Source: Octopus sinensis (lineage: Eukaryota). From it: a stretch of DNA of 64,000 bases. Within the stretch, counting starts at the first letter, position 1, and every line of letters starts with the position of its first letter. Below the pieces are notes generated by a model, which had not been told where the DNA came from, ran no database searches, and saw only the letters and a program-made list of their open reading frames with translations. The position numbers and the translations under genes were made by a program. Positions 53,529 to 64,000 of the stretch are shown piece after piece. The stretch spans positions 56,296,001 to 56,360,000 of the forward strand of contig NC_043004.1 of assembly GCF_006345805.1 (NCBI RefSeq). The letters run 5' to 3'.

Positions 53529-55633
53529 TAACGGTTCTTGTATATATATATCCATACACGTGTGTATAAACTATGGAGAAAAATTCGATCAACAAAAGTA
53601 CTAGTGCGGATATCTTGCCAAAAATAAAGAAATCTGGCGATGAAACATTAAAATAATACAAAACGGAATATGATACAGCAATGACACAAGTTAATCCCGT
53701 AACGTGTTTCAAAAGAATAGTTACTATAATACACGAGACCCTACATATGCATCACTCCACAAAATACTTTAATGTAATATCAACACAACCCTTTTCTTCC
53801 AGCAGTATCTTATAATTTTTCAATGATTTAATTCCTGGTGTTCATTTTCTTTCTCGAGAAATAAAAATAGTAGCAGGTAATGAACTTCAACAAAAGTGAA
53901 GTTTTACTGTATACTTGGTCCGGGCTGTAACCTCCTTTCGGCAATAACTTTTCGGATGCTCGGGATAGTTAATAGCAGACTATGTATTAGTACCGACAGA
54001 TTGACTGGTGATTTTTGTGGAGTGCAAATTCAAGCAACACTTAAGCATTTCAAACCAGCTATTACTATCCCTAAATGATTTCCCGTAAACAGTTTTACAT
54101 TATAATTTTTCTACCAAACGTCATACAAATTTTTGGCTTTGTATTTCTAAGTACCATCGCGCTTATTGACTTAGTGCTTAGAATCACCTCCTCGACCAAT
54201 GTATCTAAGATGCGTTCCATTTTAACCTTTACACTAGATGTATGACAAAATGTGGTACTTCACTTAATTTTAACTCTGTTATCATGTATCGTTTCCCATA
54301 TAGACGTCTGAAGCTTTAACGTTTTACTGTTCTTTCCCCCGCATTAACGAATTAATGGATATCAAGGGTAATATCCAGTGTAACACGTTTCCAAATCCCT
54401 TCCGCACGACTACTTCAGGTCCACTCGACGATGTTTTTTTCTGATATCTTGAAATGCAGGCAAGTCCAACAGTGTTGCAGTCAACAATTATTCACATGAG
54501 ATATGTATTTTATAAAAAAAAACACAAAATAAGAGAAGTATTTTGTGCAAGCAAAACCTTGTCGTATTCCTATGGATGTAAGAATGCACACAACAAAACG
54601 AAATGAAGGATGTGTGAGGTTGGACAATGTATTCTATGACTCCTCTTAGCTGACCAATTTCAAGGACCAAGTGCAGCTTGCAAGTCTTCATTTTTATTTT
54701 GAGGAATAAAACCCTATGAAATCCAAAGATATGACTGTCTACAGACATTGCCCTAATGTTAATACTATCATCGTTGTCTGTAGTTGTTTATTCAAAGATT
54801 GGTTGGGTGGTTGGGTGTTGGAGTGGATTCCCTTAGTTTTAGTGTTGGTAATGCTGATAGCGATGATGTTGATGCTGGAGGATTTGCTTGGGCTGTCGGT
54901 GGTCATAATGTCTTGTTAATTCTATTATTATTGCTGCTTCGTCTCAAGTCAAACCTCATTGATTTAAGATCAAAAGCATTTCATTAAGCATTTAAAATGA
55001 GCAAGACTACCACATAATCTCACGCGACTGTATTTTTTCTTAGTTTTAGTTGCAGTGAATTATTCCTTTCTCTTATTTAACGTAGGCTTTATTTCAGTCA
55101 AAAAACGCAGAACTCTTCTGTTCAATATTGTGCCCATCTTCTCTACGATATATATGTATTTCTGAGGCAGTAATTTATCGCAATAAGGTATTTCACTATT
55201 GGAAATAATAGTAAACAAAGATACTGCTTAAAGTTTACTAAAAATTCTGTAAACAAAAAACAAATTCTCGGAATGCGTATATACATTCAGGCAAAGTAAA
55301 AGACACCTGACTACTACTTTATACAAATGTAATAACCATTAAGCACTCCATTGGTTAATTATAGAACAAGCTTTCCACTATGTTATTAGCACTGGAAGTG
55401 CGATCATTATCACTCGGAAATGGATGATATTGTATAACAGGATTTTGTAATTTGGAACAGAAGAACGCAATTAATTTGTTGCTGGCACTCGTATCGATAT
55501 CCACCCCACTTCACACACAAGGCGCGCTTCTGTAAAGTTTCTGGCGAACGATTTCTATGAGAATTTATGGCATTATTCAGTTCGGTTCAAGGCGTCTATA
55601 AGTGGTACTGAAAGTATCTTACTTGTTACTCTG

Positions 55634-55739
<106 letters not shown>

Positions 55740-56419
55740 CTCCACAAATAAAGAGAGTTAGAGAGTTAACGGGTGATGTCAAGAAAATATATACATAGAA
55801 AACACTTTGTAGCGCTGATCTCTCCAACCTGAAGAAAGAGGTTCGATTTTTACCAATGTGTGTTTGATCCATCATTGATAGCAAATATGTGGTTAAACTA
55901 CCTCTGCCTGCCAACATTATGAAGTAATTCCGAGAACTTGTGACACCATACCTTCTCCTCTCAAATTATTTGAATCTATGCAATATGAGTAAGTATATAT
56001 ATATATATAGTTTTACTCTTTAAACTTTTTATACTTTTTGATAATTATATAATAAAAAAAAAATAGTAATAAAAATAATAATAATAAAAAATATATAAAT
56101 AAAATAAAATAAAATAATAATAATAAATATATATATATAATTAATATTTATAAGTTTAAATTATTTAAATAATTTTTAAAATTTTAACTTTAATTTAAAT
56201 ATTTTAATTTTAATTTTATATTTTTTGTATTTTATATTTTATATTTGTTTAATTAATTTTATTTCTATGTATTGGCCTATGATTTTCACTGTTTGATTTG
56301 CCTAATAGTGGTTTTATCTCTAATTTAATATAATATATATATATATTCTGTACATCACACCTAAGGAGCTTTATATGTTTACTTGCACCATTGTGTGTGT
56401 GTGTGTCTGTATAAGGGAT

Positions 56420-56579
56420 TATGAGTGGTTGTGTGGTAAAATGTTTGTTACCGAACCACATGGTACAGTCTGAACAGGTTCAGTCCCTTTGGGTGGTACC
56501 CTTGGGCAAACGTCCCTTACTATAACCTCTGTGTAACCAAAGCCTTGTGAATATACTTTGGAGACAGAACGTGAAATAC

Positions 56580-56612
<33 letters not shown>

Positions 56613-56806
56613 AGTGTGTTAAATATATATATATAGGCGCAGGAGTGGCTGTGTGGTAAGTAGCTTGCTAACCAACCACATCGTTCCGGGTTCAGTCCCA
56701 CTGCGTGGCATCTTGGGCAAGTGTCTTCTGCTATAGCCCCGGGCCGACCAATGCCTTGCGAGTGGATTTGGTAGACGGAAACTGAAAGAAGCCTGTCGTA
56801 TATATG

Positions 56807-56841
<35 letters not shown>

Positions 56842-57045
56842 GTGTCTGTGTTTGTCCCCCTAGCATTACTTTGACAACCGATGCTGGTGTGTTTACGTCC
56901 CCGTAACCTAGCGGTTCGGCAAAACAGACCGATAAATTAAGTACTTGGCTTACAAAAAAGAATAAGTCCCGGCGTCGATTTGCGCGACTAAAGGCGGTGC
57001 TCCAGCATGGCCGCAGTTAAATGACTGAAACAAGTAAAAGAGTAA
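56420..57045 (+). mobile_element. Partial (56420-56570) plus full (56636-57045) SINE family B
   Basis: Matches 9474-9870. Confidence 0.8.
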
Positions 57046-57278
57046 AAGAGAGAAATGCCTGCAACACGAATGCGCATCACTGCGCACTATACTATTACGT
57101 GTCATTACAGGCAATACTAAATCTGACCTCCCAAGCTTTGCATTATATATTATTCAAATTTAATCCGAACGGAAAAAAAAACCAAACTCTGTTGGATCAT
57201 TTGACAGAAATACATTATTTAACACAAAATAAAACGTTACGAATTCACCAACTTTATGTCATATATATCTTACCTTTG

Positions 57279-57511
57279 AAGGCGGTGAGCTGGCAGAAAC
57301 GTTAGCGCGCCGGGCGAAATGCGTAGCCGTATTTCATCTGTCGTTACGTTCCGAGTTCCAATTCCGCCGGGGTCGACTTTGCCTTTCATCCTTTCGGGGT
57401 CGATAAATTAAGTACCAGTTACGCACTGGGGTCGATGTAATCGACTTAATCCGTTTGTCGGTCCTTGTTTGTCCCCTCTGTGTTTAGCTCCTTGTGAGTA
57501 GTAAAGAAATA
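57279..57511 (+). mobile_element. SINE family A (full copy)
   Basis: Reverse complement of the 1333-1567 type. Confidence 0.85.
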
Positions 57512-58173
57512 TATATCTTTGAAAATATTTATAAATACCGCAATATAGCTTACATGTATATGGCATACATATAACGCTATCGTTTCCAAATATTAGCTTT
57601 ATCGAAATATACTAAACTACGAGTTAATAATTTAAACAATGGATAAAAATAGAGTTAAACTTTTTCATAAAACACTTCAGAAATGCTTATACAACGTAGT
57701 TATAAATAAGCAATAAAAGCTAATTCCTAAACTCCCAATGCAAGCGAATTCTTAGAATATACATTTGTGAATCATGCATATATATCTGTCATACGTTTGA
57801 ATATAGAGTGATGTTTATTGACTTTTACGTTATGTATGGTGACATACGTGTGCATATAAATGTTTGAATGAGTGCGTCTATATACCTTTTTTTTAGTTAT
57901 TTCAATACTGAACAGTATGAAATGTGTTTTATCGTGTTCGATGAGAAGCATATGGAGTTTTTTTTAAATGTATTTTAGCGATGATATTCGTATCTATACG
58001 TATGAATTTGCAAAAGGTTTTCAAGTTATCCTATGCTTGAACGATTATACTGGTATATTTATAAAGGAAAATTCAGAAAATAATGCAGTTATGCACACCT
58101 ATACTAATTCACATGCACACCACACACACACACACAAACACAGACGTGAGTATGTATATGTATATGTAAATGC

Positions 58174-58303
<130 letters not shown>

Positions 58304-59296
58304 TATATATCTATCTATCTATCTATCTATCTATATATATATATGTGTGTGTGTGTATGTATATATATATATATATATATGTATGTAGATGTAATTACAC
58401 ACACACACACACATACACACATACATAGGGTAAAAAAACAATTCAAGTGATGAACGGTAAAATAAGAGGCACATTATTCAATTTGTCAAACTCCCAATGA
58501 CAGAAACTAGTGAAGTGAACAGTTTCGGATTTTATTACACGGAATGGAAATAGCTTGAACCAATATTCTTAAAGCGATTTAGAAAGCAAAGGATTTGGCA
58601 TGTTTACAAACTCCTGTTTAACGCAGCGTATTTTTCTTTTTTCTTTTTTCAGGGAAGTCATGGAAAATAGCAAACCGTGTCCTAGTTTTGAATCCCAGTT
58701 GGAATAACTTCAATTCTATCGTTAATTATTCTGTAAAATGCAAGCAAGTTGTAAATTCTCATGTCCTCCTCTACACCTCATTGCGTTGTCATATTTACCT
58801 AATAAATCATGTTTTCAAATTCGGATTTGTACGATGTTACTATTTTTTAAAGATAGGAAAAAAAAACCAAGATGTTTTTTTTTTATGATTACTGGTTGTT
58901 GCACGCGTGTTATTGTTTGCTATACCATAGTTAAACTGTAGTATCAGAAGTAGACAGAAAGATTGATATGAACATTGATGGATTTTAAAAAGATTTCTCT
59001 AAGGAAAATGGGAGATCAATTCCGACCCTCATACACTGAAGAACACGATACATCAGATGTTCAGTTTCCAGTGGTGGAAAAAATAGTTAATGGATGCAGT
59101 TACAGAAGACTTGGAGTTCGGCAGGTGGCGGGGAGGCGGAGTAATCCGCAGCGAATATGTTCTCAGCTCGATAAGACAAGTGCCTCTCTGTCTATAAGTG
59201 TCTATAAGTATATGTTTATACATGTTTGCATATACACACATAAACGCACGCACGTACACACACACATACACACACACATATGTATGTATTTAAATG

Positions 59297-59327
<31 letters not shown>

Positions 59328-59672
59328 CAATGCCAGTATCATACATTTATCTTCGTTTTTGATAAGAACATTCGACTCGATACCATTATTTCTTTAAGGT
59401 AATTCAATATTTGCTCAATTACTCAATGAACGAACATATAATGACTGTCGGAAGCAATTGTAAAGAGAATTTACTAGGATAAAGGAATATGTAACGACCT
59501 TTATTTTTACCTTATATACATTTACACATACATACATAAAACATACATGGTTACATACATACACATATACATACATACATACATGCATGCATACATACAT
59601 GTATGCATACATATATTTATACATGCATATTTTTATATCAGTCGAAGTATACAGCGCTCTATATCCATAACG

Positions 59673-59762
59673 GCCAATCATACCAATCGGTTTCACACTA
59701 GCTGTTCAACGGAGTGTTAGATAACACTCCGATTATATATCCCAGCGTTCTTCAGAGATGGC
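59673..59762 (-). ncRNA. Type I hammerhead ribozyme with extra hairpin in loop II
   Basis: Minus strand GCCATCT-CTGAAGA-ACGCTGG...CTAGTGT-GAAA-CC(GATT)GG-TA^TGATTGGC; loop II contains CGGAGTGTTA-TC-TAACACTCCG. Confidence 0.7.
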
Positions 59763-60096
59763 AGTTGAGGAATACACACACACGCGTGCGGGCACACGCA
59801 CACACGCGTGGGCACACACACACGGACACTCATGCACACTTACATATACTTACATATACATGCTAGGTGCCCTATGTTAATGACAAAGACTACCACTTTT
59901 ATATGGGCGGTTAATGCACTTAATCCAGTAATATAGCTGTAAATCTTATGATGCACGGTTATATAATTGATTTTGTTAACCTCCCTGCGATTTTACAAAT
60001 CATTTCAGCAAAAACATCGGTACATAACATTTTCCCTATCTGTGTCACTGCAAAGAGGTCAAGCGATAACGACAGGTGAGTTCATAATAATATACA

Positions 60097-60184
<88 letters not shown>

Positions 60185-60254
60185 CATATACATATACATA
60201 TATATATATGAATATATATACACACATATATATATATATTCATATATTTATATA

Positions 60255-60304
<50 letters not shown>

Positions 60305-60308
<4 letters not shown>

Positions 60309-60643
60309 GATAATATCGATATTTAAGTGTCGAAATTATCAAGTGGCCAGCATGAAAGAAATACCTTACAAAGGTAAAAAAATTTTTAACAATTAAAAAT
60401 GAGGGTGTCTAAAAGACACCAACATGCCGAAATAGCAGTCGAAACACTGACTATAGTACCACGTTAAATGTTCATATCGCACCATAACCAGAAATCCTTG
60501 GATCTTGAATTATTCAATAATTTTTGCTTGTATGTTTTGTCCCTCCGCTTTACCTCATGGTGCGATATGAACATTTAACGTGGTACTATAGTCAGTGTTT
60601 CGACTGCTATTTCGGCATGTTGGTGTCTTTTAGACACCCTCAT

Positions 60644-60651
<8 letters not shown>
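60305..60651 (-). mobile_element. Pseudo-LTR 3' fragment with 95-bp inverted arms (60391-60485 / 60557-60651) in (TA)n
   Basis: Perfect-looking arms; GTGGCCAGCATGAAAGAAATACC..AAAGGT resembles 28731-28766; the hammerhead region is not included. Confidence 0.6.
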
Positions 60652-60711
<60 letters not shown>

Positions 60712-60717
<6 letters not shown>

Positions 60718-61235
60718 ATGTTGTAGGCCTTCATGTCCCTTTTGCAAACATCCTTGTAACGTAAGATCGGTCTACCCACAGACCTAGTACTCCTGGAAAG
60801 CTCTCCGCAGAGTATGTCCTTGGGGATACTGCCATCTTTCATACGGCTAACATGCCCAAGCCATCTCATACGTCTTTGTGTGAGGATGTTTGCAAAAGGG
60901 ACATGAAGGCCTGCAACATCAATATTAGCGGTTGGGAGGCAGTTGCCGGCAACCGTGGAGAATGGCGACGTACCGTAAAAGAGGGAATACAAAGGAGTGA
61001 CAGAGAGAGAGAGGAGAAATGGAAAGAAAAGAAGAGACGTCAACAAGAAACTATGGCATTACAACCAGCCAGGAACAGTCTTCGCTACATTTGCGGTACC
61101 TGCCAGAGGTAGCGTTTGTCCAGGATAGGACTACACAGCCACAGCAGAAAATGTATCAGAACATGAAATATAAAAGCCGGACTAGACTACTTTATGCAAC
61201 TCCATTGTCTCCCGAGACAAAAAGGATGCCAACAA
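60712..61235 (+). mobile_element. RTE LINE 3' end with inverted 5' segment
   Basis: Plus: DVCKRDMKACNINISGWEAVAGNRGEWR...[18 protein letters not shown], then CCATTGTCTCCCGAGAC..GGATGCC end. Minus 60712-~60880: RMRWLGHVSRMKDGSIPKDILCGEL...GRPILRYKDVCKRDMK. Confidence 0.85.
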
Positions 61236-61279
<44 letters not shown>

Positions 61280-61294
61280 TATATACATATATTA

Positions 61295-61363
<69 letters not shown>

Positions 61364-62069
61364 TTATATATACACGTAAACACATATCTATATACATACA
61401 CACTGTCCCATAAACACACACATATATTTTTGAATAGACTCGATGGACATATCAGAAGTGCAAAGGTTAAACAGTCTAGCTCGCAATGTTTTAGTATTCT
61501 GGCCAGGCTTTGAACCGTCACTTAGCTCGATACATTCTGGAAAGTTCAATGGTTACAGATAAAGTCACTTTGATTCGTAAAGTTCTAGGTCTTATACTAG
61601 TTCGTACAGAAAGAGAGAGTAGCGCTCGTAGTATATATGTTTTATTTTTTGTTTTCTCATCTTTTCTCAAGGCTTCCCATACAAGAGAATAGAAGTTATA
61701 GAAGCTAATCTCAAACTAGCGATGCGTTCCGAAAGTTTGCAAAATTCTGAACCCTGCAAAACCATACAAAGACCACATGGTAATGTTCAATTGAACGAAT
61801 GTTTACGTATAGCATCCCAGAAAAATATGAACTCAGAAAAAAGGTAAAATATGTCACGAGATAGCTCATCACACGCACAAAATTTTGCCAAATGAACGTG
61901 CAAGACTTCTACGGTATATTTCTTCTCATATTGTAACAAGGCCCGAAATTTTATGAAGAGAGTTAGTCGATAAAATCGACCCCAGTAATTGAAGAAAAAT
62001 TTATATAAACGACCCTAACAGGGATGAAAGAAAAAGTCCATATCGGCAGAGTATATAACCAGAGAATTT

Positions 62070-64000
62070 TGTGGGGATATTAGTTATGATAGTACACCTC
62101 TCGCACGTGACGAGTGGTATGTGACAGTCGCTATAAATAAGGTGACGTCAGTCAGTATAGAAAGAGAGTACGAATTAAACGGTCATAGATAGTCGTGATC
62201 TTACTTGTCTTACTAACTATGCTGCTATACCAGAAGGGACGTTATAACAATCCGACAATAAATATTACAACAGAGGCGACAAGGAATTGACAAACTTACA
62301 AACGTTTGTGTTTTGGGTGAACCGTACGGAAAAATATCGTAAAATTATGGAAAAGTTGTTGGCCGGTTTACTAGAGTTCCAAAAACAGTAGCAACAGCCA
62401 TTGAAAGCAGCTACAACGTCAAAAACAACAACGTAAGCAACAACAACAACAACAACAGAATTAACAATTTCAAAAACAACTGAAAGAAGAAAAACTGCAG
62501 AAGCAACAACAATTACTAATACAGCTACAAAAGCTGCAATTGATGAATAGTAAGACGTCAGGAAATGCTGCAAAAATGTTCTCGCCAGATTATGTCGCGA
62601 GCTCAATAAGTTGAAGCACCAACCAGATGAAAGAGTTACCTTCGATGTTTACTACAGAAGATACGAACAGATTTTCAATAAAGGGTGTAAAGATTTGAAC
62701 GACGATATGAAAACGTGTTTTATCTTAGGAAAACTGGCAGCAGAAGAACATGAGTTTTACAGTAATTAGGTACTCCCGGGAAAACCTTGTGAAATAAACA
62801 TTAAACTTATAATAGACATATTGTTAAGATTTTAGTGAGAACAGCTCGCTGTTCAGTACACGTTGAAAATGTTTGAACCTAGAATAGAACATCGCATATG
62901 CTGGTAGATTTAACAGAGAATGTGAAAAGTCCCAGGTGGATGAATTAACGCCAGATATGTTCAAATGCCTGATATTTACTCAGGGATTAACAGCAGAGAA
63001 AGACGCAGAAGTAAGAACAAGAATTCTCGCTAATCTGGAACAAAAGTAAGCTTTAACCTTACAGCATGTGCCAGAAGAGTGTGAAAGGATAGTAGATTTA
63101 AGACACGTCACAGAGAAAATATTGAACATGAAGATTGATCCCAAGTGAAACAAGTACAAAATAAACAGCACCGAAATCAAGTGTGTACGAAAATACAAGA
63201 AGCAGGAAAAAAAAAATGTTTTGCATATGGAATTCTACAGCTGGGGAAAAACCGTCCATTTAACAAAGCCGAATACTTCTGTTGTGGAAAATAGGACTCA
63301 TAAAAAGGCACTGTAAAACCAAGATGACAAAACGTTGGAATAAAGAAAAAAGAATAAACAGTATGTCGTCAAAAGAAAATGCTAATTTAACAAATAGAAA
63401 ATTCGTAAATGTGAAAATTAAAAAGTTGGACACTGGAAGTGATATTATCGTTGTGAACGAAAAAAGCTAGGAAGTGTATCGGCAAGACGAATTTTACTAA
63501 ATCTACAAGAGTAGAGCATGGTTTTACGGATCAAATATTTTTATATTTTGTCGGTGAATTTGTGTGTAATGTCACAACCCGGGACCAACTGTAAACGGCA
63601 AAAATATGTGTTAAAAAAACTCAGGTAATCTATTCGGCACATAGTGGATTTTTCTATACAAATTGTGGAATACGCTCGTATTTTGCATGTGAATATAGTC
63701 GGTTCAATTGAAGGTTCGAATGAGGCTGAAAAACTGAAGCACAAAGTAAAATATTTATATCCAGATGTTTAATCGGAGTAACTGGTCTGGTGCACGAAAT
63801 CAAAGACCACGTAAACAAAGAAATTATAAGACTTGAAAGCCTAGGAATAATCGAGAAGACGGACCTCTCAGACAGGGCAGCACCTACAGTCTACGTAAGA
63901 AAGAAAAACATAACAAGAGTTTGTACAGGTTTTTGAACAGGTTTGAATGATTGCTTAATCTCACATAACTACCCATTGCTGAGTCCTGAGGAAGTGTTTG
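62070..64000 (+). mobile_element. Decayed Ty3/Gypsy (Mag-like) LTR retrotransposon, 5' part; continues beyond the window
   Basis: Putative LTR TGT(62070)...TTACA(62269), PBS-like ACAGAGGCGACAAGG, Gln-rich gag with RRYEQIF, protease KLDTGSD, RT start KEIIRLESLGIIEK..RAAPTV..GLNDCL..YPLLSPEEVF; stops and frameshifts. Confidence 0.85.

Noticed and set aside
55990-56340. Almost G/C-free stretch
   Set aside because: Low-complexity or possibly low-quality consensus sequence with no periodic unit or fold.
58975-59397. 140-aa ORF MMDFKK...
   Set aside because: The C-terminal half is microsatellite and the N-terminal half has no recognisable motif or splice support.

Overview
Eukaryotic, repeat-dominated non-coding DNA. 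The SINE families and extreme (TA)n/(CA)n/(AAT)n density look like an octopus genome, which is inferred from recalled repeat families and not checked against a database. No complete protein-coding gene is visible, and most of the ORF track is microsatellite read-through. Recognisable content: (1) at least six R4/Dong-type RLE-LINE pieces, four co-oriented in an (AAT)n-spaced pile-up at 45.8-51.5 kb; (2) a Penelope-like RT/GIY-YIG fragment and several short pseudo-LTR-type elements in (TA)n with inverted 5' segments; (3) five loci folding as type I hammerhead ribozymes, including a U3-A8 core covariant; (4) a ~540-bp non-coding (AAT)n-associated element co-oriented with Dong; (5) a Tc1 transposon, two non-autonomous Helitrons, two RTE 3' ends, a 1.2-kb solo LTR, a decayed Gypsy element running off the right end, and many tRNA-derived SINEs; (6) local inverted and direct duplications, and two weak signal-peptide-like first-exon candidates on +. 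All folds, alignments and coordinates were worked out by eye, so boundaries of decayed copies are approximate.
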